Shown here: positions 10,376-20,802 of the stretch, piece after piece
Layout: each line of letters starts with the position of its first letter
Numbering within the stretch: the stretch's first letter is position 1
Position numbers and translations under genes: made by a program
Notes under the pieces: model-generated
What the model saw: only the letters and a program-made list of their open reading frames with translations
The model's database searches: none
Told to the model about the DNA's origin: nothing
Assembly: GCA_040776945.1 (NCBI GenBank)
Contig: JAXGZN010000001.1
Coordinates: forward strand, 320,001 to 384,000
Reading direction: 5' to 3'
Source of the DNA: Methanomassiliicoccaceae archaeon
GTDB lineage: Archaea > Thermoplasmatota > Thermoplasmata > Methanomassiliicoccales > Methanomassiliicoccaceae
DNA: 64,000 nt

Positions 10376-12336
10376 ATCTCCAGGGCCTTGCCCACCGCAC
10401 GTGCTCGCACCCGCATCTGGACAAGTTCGTCGTCCTGCAGCGTACTGTTAGAGCGCCCCCTCTCCTCCTCGATCTTTAGGTCCACTGTGAGATTGACCCC
10501 TCCCGCGGCCCTCGCTCGGTCCAACGCGTACTTGGTGGCGAGCTCACGGGCCTTTTTTACAGCCTCGTCCTCGCCACCGCAGGGTATCGGCGCATTATAG
10601 GACGAGAACACCGCGTACCCTTTCTCCCGAGGATATACGAAAACGTCGACGAACTCGGACACCTGTCCGCAGGCCGCGCCGACGGCATTGCCCACCTCAT
10701 AGTCGTTCGGTATTATCACATGAGCACCGAGAAGTTCCGCCAGTGGAGCTATGAACTCCTTTGCTGGTGCGCCCAGGCCGATGATCGGCCGGCCCACTTT
10801 GGCCTTGAGGGATATCATGGAGCACCTCTTGTTCCCGGTGACCAGGTCCATAACGCCCTGGAAGGATTTTGAGTCCGGCAGCGCCCCTATCTCATCCGAG
10901 AGAAGCTTGCGCACGACCTCGTCCGCTATCTTGGCGCTGACCGAGCGCATCACCATCTCCATCAGTTCCTCGTCCTTGACCCCTAGCACCCCAGCGAACA
11001 GGCGTACGCCCATAAGGGAGGCTTGCCGATCACCTTTTACATACTTGCCGGTTGCATGGAGCACATCGGTGGGGGTGAGGCCTATCCCTTGTATCACCTC
11101 CCTGGAGCGCATGTCTCGGACATGCGAGTCCAGGAGCACCACGTCGTCAAGCTCCCGCTTGAGCTCGACGGGGGCCAATGGGCCTTTCTCCCGCAGCACA
11201 CTAACTATCCTTTCCTCTGTTTGGGACAGACGATGCTGTCCCGGTGGCGCGAACAGGAAGCGGGCCTGACCAAGATCGGTCATCTTATCGTTCAGTCCTG
11301 GGAACGTCCGTGAGGCGTGGCACAGGGGCACGACCCTCTCCGGACCGATGAGCACCCCTCCATCCTTGGCCGCTCTCACCTCAGAGTCCCCGCCCAAGGC
11401 CGTGGTCCACATGTCAACCGCTTCCACTCGGGTGCGCCACCTGCCTACCATGGAGCCTTCCGACGTGACCTTGGGCACTCCGCCTTGCAGGACCGCGATG
11501 TCGGTGGATGTGCCCCCCATGTCGATGACCACACAGTCCTCGAGACCGGCGAGCACTCTTCCGCCCATGGCACTGGCCGCCGGACCTGAAAGGATCGTAT
11601 CCACTGGTCTCTCCATTGCCGTCCTGATGTTCATCAATGTGCCGTCCCCCTTGAACACCATGACCGGGGCCTCGATGCCGTGCCGGGTCAGGATCCTCCC
11701 GACCTTGGAAAGGAAATCCTCAAGGACCGGGATGAGCCTGGCGTTGAGCACGGCGGTCACTGTTCGCTCATGAACGCCCAGTTCTCCGGTGAGCTGGTGT
11801 GCCAGGACGGTCGGGATGCCGTATCTTTTTCCGATGAGCTTTCCGGCCTCGATCTCATGATAGGGATTGTGCACGCTGAACAGACCAGAGACCACGACGC
11901 TGTCCACCTGACCTTTCATCTCTCCGGCCGCAGCATCGATGCCATCTACATCCAGGAGACCGACCGATCTCCCGCGGACATCATGACCGCCGCCCACGAA
12001 CCTTTGCATCTTGGCGCCCAGTTCCCATCCTCCCTGCGGCTTCCAGCCCAGGCCGATCAGCCCCACCTGACCGCCCTTCCCCTCGAGGATCGAGTTCGTC
12101 GCCAGAGTGGTCGAAACACCGACCAGGCTAGGCTCGAAGGATCGATGGCCATATGCGTCCAGTACGTTGTCGATCGCCTCTTCCAACCCGATGCTCAGCT
12201 CGTGATGGGTCGTACGCGCCTTGGCCTTGAAAAGGACCTCGTTGCTGCGCATGTCCATTATCGCCGCATCGGTGAACGTGCCCCCTGTGTCGATGCCTAG
12301 TCCGTAGATCACGCCATTGTTCGCCTGGAACGTCAT
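10372..12336 (-). CDS. Hydantoinase/oxoprolinase family protein
   Basis: GIDTGGTFTD, STTLATN, TAVLNARL, ILSGPAAS, DMGGTSTD, GGDS and TPTD motifs. Confidence 0.9.
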   Translation of the reverse strand: MTFQANNGVIYGLGIDTGGTFTDAAIMDMRSNEVLFKAKARTTHHELSIGLEEAIDNVLDAYGHRSFEPSLVGVSTTLATNSILEGKGGQVGLIGLGWKPQGGWELGAKMQRFVGGGHDVRGRSVGLLDVDGIDAAAGEMKGQVDSVVVSGLFSVHNPYHEIEAGKLIGKRYGIPTVLAHQLTGELGVHERTVTAVLNARLIPVLEDFLSKVGRILTRHGIEAPVMVFKGDGTLMNIRTAMERPVDTILSGPAASAMGGRVLAGLEDCVVIDMGGTSTDIAVLQGGVPKVTSEGSMVGRWRTRVEAVDMWTTALGGDSEVRAAKDGGVLIGPERVVPLCHASRTFPGLNDKMTDLGQARFLFAPPGQHRLSQTEERIVSVLREKGPLAPVELKRELDDVVLLDSHVRDMRSREVIQGIGLTPTDVLHATGKYVKGDRQASLMGVRLFAGVLGVKDEELMEMVMRSVSAKIADEVVRKLLSDEIGALPDSKSFQGVMDLVTGNKRCSMISLKAKVGRPIIGLGAPAKEFIAPLAELLGAHVIIPNDYEVGNAVGAACGQVSEFVDVFVYPREKGYAVFSSYNAPIPCGGEDEAVKKARELATKYALDRARAAGGVNLTVDLKIEEERGRSNSTLQDDELVQMRVRARAVGKALEI

Positions 12337-12641
12337 TGCGGTCTCATCCCTCAGGATGGCCGCGACGGCTCAGGCCGCCGCGGCCGGCCGTTTATTCCGT
12401 ACAATGGTATAATTCCTTTTCCGAAAACATCGCCGAAGGTAAGGCCAAGGCAACGCGCAATTCCCTGCGGACAGAGGGCCGCCTGTCCCTTCGCACGTCC
12501 ATTCACGTCACGCCGGGAGGCGTGTTCCTCATCCTGATGGCAAGGATGCGGCCATAGGCCTCGCCGGAAGGGGCCGTCATAGGGCCTTGGACATTATCGA
12601 TTCCGGCCTGCCAAGCGCCCTATCCTTCGTCCTCAGCACCG

Positions 12642-14072
12642 TCATGCTCCCTTCTTGAGGACCTTTCGGAAAATCTCTATATCCTCCTGGTCGACCGCTT
12701 TCAATGCGAAGAGCAGTAAAAGGTAGACCGCCGCCCCTGTGATTATGGAGAGCAACAGATTGTCCCAGGGAAGCATGATGAGAACGAAGGCCATTCCCAG
12801 ACCGGCCAGGGTGGGCCGGAGGATGATATCGGAGACCTTCAGATGCACCACCCTCCTGCTCATGAAATAATGGCTGATGACGTTGGTTATCAATGTGGCC
12901 ACCGTGAACGCCAAGGCTGCCCCCAGCGCTCCCCATGCAGGGATGGCGAGGAAACATATCAGAAGGTTGGCGGCGGCCCCCGCCACTGAAGATATTGTGC
13001 TCAGATGCATTAGGTTGGCGGCGGCCAGGAGGCTCCCTTGCCCAGTGCCGAAATAGGAAATGGCCAGGACCGGCAGCAAGATCTGCAGGACCACGGCGGA
13101 CTCGGGCCGGTCGGGGAACAACAGGCCGATGATCTGGTGAGCCAGGATCGTTCCTCCCAAGGTCATGGGGAGTCCCAGGCTGTACATGTACTTCATGATC
13201 TTTTGCTGCGCCAGTTTGGTCATCTCCTTCGATGAGCCGAAGAGCCGGGCTATGACCGGGAGAAGGGCCGTGCGGAACACCGTGGGGACCGCGATCAGGG
13301 CGGCCACTAGATTGAAGGCGACAACGAACTGGTTATTGGCCGCCTGGCCGGCGCTAAGGCCGTCCAGTCCGCCGATTATCGAGAGAAGGAGGAACCCGTT
13401 TATCGAGTATAGTGTGCTCACCAGGGCGACGTTGATGGCGAACGGCGTGGCCCCCTTCAGGTCCGCCTTGATGTCCCTGAACCTGATCTCCTTCGAAGGT
13501 TTGACTATCAGGCGGGAGCACACCGTATATGAGAGGATCGCGTACAGCAGGCTCCCTGTGAGCACCACCATGACCACTGTCGCCAGCCCATACCCCATTA
13601 TCACTAGGGCGATGGCGGTGGAGACGGTGAACATCCTCTCCACCAAGTAGGTCATGAAGACATAGTGCATCTTCTCGAAGGCGGTGAACATTGAGGTGAA
13701 CGTCTGAGCTATCCATCCCAGAAGATTGGATAGCGCTATGACCAGGTACGCGAAGGCCACATCGGACGGGAGGTCAGATATGAGAACGAAGCCTAGCGTC
13801 AATATCACGGCAACGGTGCCAAGCGTCCCCCTGATCGTTAGGATGGAGCTCAGCTTTCTACCGGCGATGTCCCGGTTCTGAGCCACGTCGATCACCATCT
13901 TGGTCCCCAAGCCCAGGTCGGCTATCAGGAACAGGACGGTGGCCACTGAGAACGCGGAGGTGTAGGTGGGGTAGTCATCGACCAGCTTGACGCTCAGAAC
14001 CATCGCTAGGACCAGGGTGCTCAACTGGCTTATGAACTGGACCATTCCCATGGCCAGGGAGTTCTTTGCCAC
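12642..14072 (-). CDS. Polysaccharide flippase (Wzx/MOP superfamily)
   Basis: About 12-14 hydrophobic helices, DLGLG, LIPAWGALGAALA-like C-terminal pattern; GTG start after GAGGAG. Confidence 0.85.
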   Translation of the reverse strand: MAKNSLAMGMVQFISQLSTLVLAMVLSVKLVDDYPTYTSAFSVATVLFLIADLGLGTKMVIDVAQNRDIAGRKLSSILTIRGTLGTVAVILTLGFVLISDLPSDVAFAYLVIALSNLLGWIAQTFTSMFTAFEKMHYVFMTYLVERMFTVSTAIALVIMGYGLATVVMVVLTGSLLYAILSYTVCSRLIVKPSKEIRFRDIKADLKGATPFAINVALVSTLYSINGFLLLSIIGGLDGLSAGQAANNQFVVAFNLVAALIAVPTVFRTALLPVIARLFGSSKEMTKLAQQKIMKYMYSLGLPMTLGGTILAHQIIGLLFPDRPESAVVLQILLPVLAISYFGTGQGSLLAAANLMHLSTISSVAGAAANLLICFLAIPAWGALGAALAFTVATLITNVISHYFMSRRVVHLKVSDIILRPTLAGLGMAFVLIMLPWDNLLLSIITGAAVYLLLLFALKAVDQEDIEIFRKVLKKGA

Positions 14073-14123
14073 TCCTCGTACAAGTCCTATCGGATCACCA
14101 TCACATTCGTTCCCTTGAAGCCA

Positions 14124-15455
14124 TCAGAGATCCTCCCGCTGATGCTTCTTGGCATCGCTCCTCTTGAAGATGGCCCGGAACTTATCCTTTGCGGGAAAAA
14201 CGGCCGTTCTAGACCTGTCCAAGGCATCCTCATCGGTCTTCATTCTCAGGAGGTCGTAGGCCTTTTTCGCCAGCTCCCCTCCGTACCTATACCTCCAGAG
14301 CATAGGGAAAGGGTCGGTCAGTGCATAGTAGGCGTGTACGTCGACCTTGGCAATGGACTGGAGCCATTGGAACGTATTGATCTCTCCTCTCCGATAAAGT
14401 CTCCAGAACGAGTTGATATCGTTGAGGCTGTCCCACCAGACCATTCCGTCGGGGTAGTCGCCAACCTCCGGTAATGGATGGCCGATTAGGTCGCAGTATT
14501 GGAACAGGACCAAGGGAATGCCGGCCGCGGCCTGAAGGGCATTGGTCTGCCCGGTCCTGGCGTTCATCTCGACCATTTTAAAGGCCCCGTCCCGCTGGTC
14601 CCGCTTGAACTCCACATATCCTATTCCGCGGTACCCCATGCCTTTCATGAATCGAATGGCTAGCTCCCTCACCTCAGGCTGATGAGCGCTCTTCACGAGG
14701 GAGCCGACGCCGAAGCTGGGAGGATATTGTCTTAGCTTATGCCAACAAAAGTCCGGCGAAACATAGCCGTTCCGGCCGAAATATGCCCCTACGCTGTAGA
14801 GGTCCTTCCCCGTAGGGGTCATTATCGTCTGCACCATCACCTCATGTCCGGACGCGAAGATCGCCTTCATCTTATTCCGAAGCTCCTCGGCGTCCTTGAC
14901 CGCGAACCCCTTATTGTCAAAGGTTGCACACCATTTGTGAGAGCGCAGCGGCTTGATGAAAGCAGGGAACCGCACAGTGTAAGCGACCATCTCAAGATCG
15001 TCCGGCCCGGAAGGGAAGCACGTCTCTGGGACCGGGATTCCCAAACGGACCGCTTCCCTGTACTGGAGGCGTTTGTCGACCATCGCCTCGCGGACACCTT
15101 CGGGAGGTACGTTGAAATGGAAATGCTTGGAAAGCTCCCGCTCATGATGGGCTAGAAGTTGAACAGCGTCGTCCGACGCGGGGAAGATCACTCCCTTGCG
15201 GTCCTGTCCCTCCCCTGCCTGGATGAGCGCCTCTACCGCAGCCTTGGGGTCCTCCCTTATGTCCTCGATCAGAAGACGGTCGACGTACCTAGAGGCGAAC
15301 CCCGGCGCCTTGGGGTGGCTGTCGATGCCGATAACCGGTACCCCGCTTCGTCCTAACGTGCGGGCGACGGCCAGGCCATTGGCGCCCATGTTGATCACGT
15401 AGGCGGTAGGCATCATATCCTTTGGAATGGTCTGGCCTCCATGGCCGGCTACCAC
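14124..15455 (-). CDS. ATP-grasp carboxylate-amine ligase (D-aspartate ligase-like)
   Basis: NGLAVARTLG, DKRLQY, FPAFIKP, VEFKRDQRDG.FK..EMNAR; start may be ATG 15416. Confidence 0.82.
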   Translation of the reverse strand: MVAGHGGQTIPKDMMPTAYVINMGANGLAVARTLGRSGVPVIGIDSHPKAPGFASRYVDRLLIEDIREDPKAAVEALIQAGEGQDRKGVIFPASDDAVQLLAHHERELSKHFHFNVPPEGVREAMVDKRLQYREAVRLGIPVPETCFPSGPDDLEMVAYTVRFPAFIKPLRSHKWCATFDNKGFAVKDAEELRNKMKAIFASGHEVMVQTIMTPTGKDLYSVGAYFGRNGYVSPDFCWHKLRQYPPSFGVGSLVKSAHQPEVRELAIRFMKGMGYRGIGYVEFKRDQRDGAFKMVEMNARTGQTNALQAAAGIPLVLFQYCDLIGHPLPEVGDYPDGMVWWDSLNDINSFWRLYRRGEINTFQWLQSIAKVDVHAYYALTDPFPMLWRYRYGGELAKKAYDLLRMKTDEDALDRSRTAVFPAKDKFRAIFKRSDAKKHQREDL

Positions 15456-15590
15456 TTAATCCCTATTTAACTTATTCCGCTGGAGAATCTTAATCAGGAC
15501 GATCACGTTCCGATGGTGGGCCCCTCCGAGCGATCGATGATGGCCTTGGGCGGAGAGAGGCGGTGAACCATGGCGCATGATATCGCTCGT

Positions 15591-16910
15591 TCATGCCGGC
15601 CTGTTGCCCTTATCCGCGTCTGCCGAGTAAGGGGCAAGCCGCGCCTTGTTGAGCGTTACGGACCCTTGCCGGGCGCCCACATCATCTTCGTCGACCTTCA
15701 TCCTTAACAGGTCTGCCATGAGCCTTGCCAACTTGATGCCGAAACCATACCGATAGAGCACAGGGAGGCGGTCATCGGGCGCATAATGTGAGTAAATATC
15801 AGAGCCGAGCCATGAGCGAAGCCATTGTCCGCATGTCATCTCGCCACGACGGCGGAGCCGATAGAACGAGTCGATATCCATCATGCCGTCCCACCACCTG
15901 ACCCCATCGCGGAAGTCCTTCAGCTCCGGCTTGGGCCGGCCGGTCAGGTCCAAGTATTGCAAGTACACCAAGGGGATCCCTGCCCCGTCGGAAAGCTCGT
16001 GCGCCATCCAGGTACGGGCGTTCAGTTCGATCAGCTTCCACTCCCCGTCCCTCTCGTCCCTCTTGAAGCCCACCGATGCGATCCCTTTGTACCCAAGTCC
16101 GTTCATGAACTTCATTCCCAGTTCGGCGACCTCGGGTTGATGGCAGCTCATGGCCAACGACGCGACCCCGAAGTTCGGAGGGTACTGTCGCACCTTTTGC
16201 CAGGTGATCACAGGGGAGACGTACCCGTCACGGCCCATGTACGCTCCTACGTTGAAAAGGTCCTTGCCCGGTGGCCATATGATGTCCTGCACCATGACCT
16301 CCTGGTCTGTCGCCAACACCTGTCTCATCCTCTCCCTCAGTTCAGCGGCGTCCTTGACCACGAACCCCTTTACCCTAAAGATCGGGGACCAAAGATGAGA
16401 GTACAGCGGCTTGATGAACGCGGGGAAGCGCAGCCGGTCCATCCCTTCCTCCACCTCCCTCATCGAGCGAGGGTAGAAGGTCTCCGTCATCGGTATGCCC
16501 AGCCTTATAGCCTCCTCATACTGAAGGCGCTTGTTTATCATCGCCTCCACCACCTTCTCTGGCGGCGCGATTAGTTCGAAGCTTCCTGCCAACCTGCCTC
16601 GGTTCCTTGAGATGAACAGGACGGCGGGGTCCGAGGCAGCGAAGAGGACAGGTCGCTCGTCCAGTCTTTCACCTTCCTCCATGAGCATATCGAGCAATCT
16701 TTCCGGTTCCTTGAGTATGTCCGGGCCGATCATGGGAGCGACGAACCTGGAGCGCATTCCAGGCAGGTCCGTCCGATGGTCCACTCCCACGACCGTGATG
16801 CCTCTCCTGCCAAGTGTCCTGGCGATCCCTAGGCCATTTATGCCCATGTTGAGCACGTACGCTCTTGGTAACGGTCCATCTTGCACCCTATCGCTATCCT
16901 GTCTGAACAT
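15591..16910 (-). CDS. ATP-grasp carboxylate-amine ligase, tandem paralog
   Basis: Same motifs (NGLGIARTLG, NKRLQY, FPAFIKP, FKRDERDGEWKLIELNAR); clearly similar to 14124..15455. Confidence 0.82.
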   Translation of the reverse strand: MFRQDSDRVQDGPLPRAYVLNMGINGLGIARTLGRRGITVVGVDHRTDLPGMRSRFVAPMIGPDILKEPERLLDMLMEEGERLDERPVLFAASDPAVLFISRNRGRLAGSFELIAPPEKVVEAMINKRLQYEEAIRLGIPMTETFYPRSMREVEEGMDRLRFPAFIKPLYSHLWSPIFRVKGFVVKDAAELRERMRQVLATDQEVMVQDIIWPPGKDLFNVGAYMGRDGYVSPVITWQKVRQYPPNFGVASLAMSCHQPEVAELGMKFMNGLGYKGIASVGFKRDERDGEWKLIELNARTWMAHELSDGAGIPLVYLQYLDLTGRPKPELKDFRDGVRWWDGMMDIDSFYRLRRRGEMTCGQWLRSWLGSDIYSHYAPDDRLPVLYRYGFGIKLARLMADLLRMKVDEDDVGARQGSVTLNKARLAPYSADADKGNRPA

Positions 16911-17033
16911 CGGAGCCTCCCCTTAATGTACTTGTCCAAGGTAGCTTTGGCAGGCCCAATACGCCTGCCTCGGGCCGGTCGAGAGCCGGCGGGCCGTCAA
17001 AAGGATTATCCTTGCCCATCCCCTAGGCCCCAT

Positions 17034-17801
17034 GTGAGCATCGGACTTGCACCGGAGGGACAACTGGCACGTCAGAGGGAGTGGCTGGAGGAATCTTGGC
17101 TGTGGTTGCTCCGGACGCTGGTTCTGGACGAAGCACATGAGCGTTCTGGGAGACCAACGGCACTGGACGTGGGGTGCGGTCCAGGCCTGGTGATGGAGCT
17201 GCTTTCACCGTTCCTCGATGTCCAAGGGGTCGATGTCGATCCCGAGGCGGTCAGAGCGAGCGCCGCCCGTGGGACCATGGCCTCCGTGGCGAGAGCGGAG
17301 GAATTGCCTTTCGAGGACGACGCGTTCGATATCGTATATTGCTCATACCTGCTTCTATGGGTCGATGATCCCGAGGTCGTCGTCAGGGAAATGAAAAGAG
17401 TGTCCCGGAACTGGGTGATCTGCCTCGCCGAGCCGGACCATTCAGGTCGGATCTCCTATCCAGAAGGGCTGTCCGTTCTTGACGATCTGTTCGTAGCCTC
17501 TATTCGGGAGAAGGGCGCCGACCCGGCCATGGGGCGCAGGCTTAGACATATATTCGCCAAATGCGGCCTCGATCCCATTGCAGGGGTCCACGCCAACATG
17601 TGGATCGGCCCCACGCCTAAGGAGGAGACGGACGCCGAGTGGGTCTCCTTGACCTCCGGGACCGATCGCGAGAGCTTGGCCGAGCTGCAAGGGGTTTGGG
17701 AGAGGGCCGCGGCCGATGGCTCTTTGGTCCAATTCAACCCTGTGTTCTACGCCTTGGCCAGAAAGGGCCCGGTAGATCAGGGGCGGCTGATGCATGAGTA
17801 A
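17034..17801 (+). CDS. Class I SAM-dependent methyltransferase
   Basis: LDVGCGPG motif I, GVDVD, LPFEDDAFD; start uncertain (GTG 17034 chosen). Confidence 0.85.
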   Translation: MSIGLAPEGQLARQREWLEESWLWLLRTLVLDEAHERSGRPTALDVGCGPGLVMELLSPFLDVQGVDVDPEAVRASAARGTMASVARAEELPFEDDAFDIVYCSYLLLWVDDPEVVVREMKRVSRNWVICLAEPDHSGRISYPEGLSVLDDLFVASIREKGADPAMGRRLRHIFAKCGLDPIAGVHANMWIGPTPKEETDAEWVSLTSGTDRESLAELQGVWERAAADGSLVQFNPVFYALARKGPVDQGRLMHE

Positions 17802-19117
17802 TCGCCGTTCTCCCTGGCCAGAGGACAGCCTCCTCCGCAGGTGTCCACCAGGAAACAACCAGCGCACTCGTCATCCAGATACCCTCTGTTGCGTATCTCA
17901 TTGCACAGCTCATTGTTCCATATGTACTCCCACTGGTCCCTGAGGATGTTGCCCAGCGGGCGGTAGTAGCTCTGGCAGGGCAAGACCGTTCCGTCCGGCT
18001 CCACTGCCATGTTCTGCGAGCATGCGGTGCATTGCTTAATGCCCAATCCCAGGCTCACCGGGTTCATCTGACAGTATGGGGTCGGGGTGAACCATATCAT
18101 CCGCGCTCCCGCGGCCTCCACCATCTCCTTCATCCTTATGAGGGTCTCCTCCAGATCACTGCAGTCGACGCCTTCGGTCCTCACTCCTTTGCCTGAGCGG
18201 ATGACGCTGTTGAACGAGATGTTCTTGACCCCGAGATCGATGAGGAACCTTGTCGTCCCCTCCATATCATCTATGTTGGATGCCATGATGGTGGTGTTGG
18301 TGCTGACGTACAGGTTCTCTCCCAGTGCGACCTTGAGCCCCTCTATGGTCTCCTTCCACGCCCCCGCCTTGCCGACCAGGCGATCGTGGACCTCCTGGCG
18401 ATGCGAAAGGACCGTTATCTGCACATGGTCCAGCCCCTTGGCGACCAGTTCGGCGAGATAGCCTGGGACCCGAAGGTACCGGCCGTTGGTCACGATCCCG
18501 GTGACCTGGCCATAGCTCTCCGAAAGAGCGATCAGATCACCCAGGTATGGCACCAGTGTCGGCTCCCCGCCGGTGAAGACGATGTGGGGCACGCCCAGGT
18601 TCCAGGTCTTGGCGATGACCTTGCGCCATTGCTTGGCCGTTAGCTCATTGAGCGTGCTCGGCTCGTTGTAGCAATGCAGACAGGCGTTTTGGCAATTGTA
18701 GGTGAGAGCAAGGTCCATGCGATATGGGGCATGGAAGCCGTCGGCCCCCTTGGTCGGCGATTCGGTCCCAATGACGTTTACCACGTCCTTGCTTCCTTGC
18801 AAATATTGCTCTAGCTGCCTCTCGATAAGTGCATAGTGGCTGGTGGCGGTGGCCCGCTCCAGTTTATTGTATCTTCTGGACATATAGATGAACATCTCAT
18901 CCTCAGAGCGCCCCTCCAGCAGGCATCGTGCATAGTCAAGCGCGGTTCCGTTTAGCACGATCAGGTGGGAGGCGTCGATGATCAGCATGCCCTTGTGGTC
19001 GGCATCCACCCTCAAATGGAAGCGATGCCCCTTCAGCTTTCCCCTCCCGTCATACTTCCATACTCCAGGAGACAGGCCTTTTCCGGTAAGCTCGGCCCAT
19101 TTGCGGCCCAGTGACAT
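17777..19117 (-). CDS. Radical SAM/SPASM-domain protein (PqqE-like) with N-terminal PqqD/RRE-like region
   Basis: CQNACLHC (CxxxCxxC), FTGGEP, SPASM Cys cluster CTAC..DGTVLPC...CAGC..TCGGGC; ATG overlaps the upstream TGA (TGATG at 19119-19115). Confidence 0.9.
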   Translation of the reverse strand: MSLGRKWAELTGKGLSPGVWKYDGRGKLKGHRFHLRVDADHKGMLIIDASHLIVLNGTALDYARCLLEGRSEDEMFIYMSRRYNKLERATATSHYALIERQLEQYLQGSKDVVNVIGTESPTKGADGFHAPYRMDLALTYNCQNACLHCYNEPSTLNELTAKQWRKVIAKTWNLGVPHIVFTGGEPTLVPYLGDLIALSESYGQVTGIVTNGRYLRVPGYLAELVAKGLDHVQITVLSHRQEVHDRLVGKAGAWKETIEGLKVALGENLYVSTNTTIMASNIDDMEGTTRFLIDLGVKNISFNSVIRSGKGVRTEGVDCSDLEETLIRMKEMVEAAGARMIWFTPTPYCQMNPVSLGLGIKQCTACSQNMAVEPDGTVLPCQSYYRPLGNILRDQWEYIWNNELCNEIRNRGYLDDECAGCFLVDTCGGGCPLARENGDYSCISRP

Positions 19118-20802
19118 CAGCGCCCACCTCCGGCACAGGCACAGGCGCAAGCGCAGGCACAGGCGCAGCTATGGCCGCCCCCGCCACCTCCGAACCCTCC
19201 GCTGGACGCAGAGGTGGAGGTAGCGGGGATAGGATTGGTGAAAGGCGTAACCTGCCTCGCAAGCCCTTTGATGTCATTGACCAGGTTGCTGCTGGTGGCC
19301 TTTACCTTGCTGACATAGTCCTGGGCGATGTTGCCGCCGCCCTGCGTGGGAAAGCCGGGGACCTGGGACCCTGAGGTTGTCCTGGGACCGCTGGCGGTGC
19401 CTGAACCAGGGGCACTAGTATGGCCGATGAGGACAGGAAGCGGGAACACCGTCCTGCGCATCCGACCCTCATAATCATTGTCGATCATCATCCAGTCGTT
19501 CCTCTCGTTCAGGACGGATGCGATCTCCTCGGGCGTCTTGGAATCGATCACCTGCCTCCAAGCAGTTTCAACGATAGTTCGGTAATAGTTCTGCGTGGCG
19601 TTGAAGTCGAAGCCCTCCACCTTCTTGGAGGTCGCCTTGATAAGGTCCACAAGGCAGATCCTCAGCATATTGCGGTCCATGGTTCCGTCCGGCCTGATCG
19701 CCCCTAGGTACGCGTTCTCATATGCGTGCTCCCCGGTCTCCGATAGCTTCTGCAGGCGCATCGGCAGCGATTCCGAGAGCACTTTGACCTTACCTTTCCT
19801 GATGAGACCAAAAAGGACCATGGTGGCGACATCCTCCAGAGGACGTTCCATGATTATCGCCGCCTCCACCGCGGTAAGGTCCCTCCTAGGGCCAGCACCT
19901 ACCACGCTCAGCTTTGGATCGAAGTAGTCCTCTCGCCGCTTGGCCGCGCTGCGGACCGCGGATATCATGCCCCCAATGATTATCGCGATGAAGGTCAGTG
20001 GGAACAGCAGGCATGTAAGGGCGATCATGTCGTCGATTATGTTGCCTCCGCCGCCGAGGTTGGGATCGGTGGTCGGATCATAATGGACCTGTACATAACT
20101 GGCGGGGAAACCCACGCCGACGTCAAAGGCCCCCCTGGCCTGGTCCTTCGGGTTCACCCCGGTGGCCTCCCATGCAACGACTCCTCGTCCTAGGGAGCTG
20201 TCGAAGTAAGCGGCGTTGAACGGCTGGTTCTCCAACCAGGTGGTTTCGTTGAGGTCGGTCATGCCGGCCGGCAGGATGATGGAGGCGTTCAGCAGACCGG
20301 TGTTCCCGACCTGAAGTTCGGTATCGAACCAGGTAGGTGTGAAGGCGACCCCTGCCCGGTCGGCCACCTGTGGGTCGGAGTAGACCATATGTGGATTATT
20401 GATGTGGAGGTAGAGAGCGAACGAGCCTCCGCCCTGCACCTCTGATACGGTCGCAGGATCGAGCTCCACCGCGATCCCGGGATGCACATATGATGAGTCG
20501 TGTATCTGCCGCGGACTGCGTTCATGGCCGTTCACAACAATGCGCGCGGACGCTGTCGATAGGTCATAAAGGCTGTTGGGCATGCCAACATCCACACCGT
20601 CCAGGTAGCCGATGTTGGTGAAAACGAACTTATAATCTATGTCCACGCTGCCGTCCTGCATGACAGTTACATTGACCCTTTCCTCTGATACAGAGAAGGA
20701 ATAATCCTGAGCCGATGCGATACTGACCGGACCGGTCGGCAGAAGAGACATCATCGCCAGGGCGACGATGGCCAGCATCAACAGCGCTCGCCCCTTTACC
20801 AT
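19117..20802 (-). CDS. Single-pass membrane protein (DUF2207-like) with C-terminal Gly-rich/(Cys-Ala)6 tail
   Basis: Signal peptide, V.V.QDGS.V beta-rich ectodomain, TM helix, cytoplasmic domain ending SSGGFGGGGGGHSCACACACACACAGGGR; ATG 20802 overlaps the upstream gene end. Confidence 0.8.
   Translation of the reverse strand: MVKGRALLMLAIVALAMMSLLPTGPVSIASAQDYSFSVSEERVNVTVMQDGSVDIDYKFVFTNIGYLDGVDVGMPNSLYDLSTASARIVVNGHERSPRQIHDSSYVHPGIAVELDPATVSEVQGGGSFALYLHINNPHMVYSDPQVADRAGVAFTPTWFDTELQVGNTGLLNASIILPAGMTDLNETTWLENQPFNAAYFDSSLGRGVVAWEATGVNPKDQARGAFDVGVGFPASYVQVHYDPTTDPNLGGGGNIIDDMIALTCLLFPLTFIAIIIGGMISAVRSAAKRREDYFDPKLSVVGAGPRRDLTAVEAAIIMERPLEDVATMVLFGLIRKGKVKVLSESLPMRLQKLSETGEHAYENAYLGAIRPDGTMDRNMLRICLVDLIKATSKKVEGFDFNATQNYYRTIVETAWRQVIDSKTPEEIASVLNERNDWMMIDNDYEGRMRRTVFPLPVLIGHTSAPGSGTASGPRTTSGSQVPGFPTQGGGNIAQDYVSKVKATSSNLVNDIKGLARQVTPFTNPIPATSTSASSGGFGGGGGGHSCACACACACACAGGGR
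19132..19167 (-). repeat. (Cys-Ala)6 coding repeat
   Basis: TGC GCC TGT GCC TGC GCT TGC GCC TGT GCC TGT GCC; synonymous variation between units. Confidence 0.95.

Noticed and set aside
19132-19167. The CA-coding repeat as a phase-variable microsatellite
   Set aside because: Units differ at synonymous positions, so it is a protein-level repeat rather than a slippage tract.
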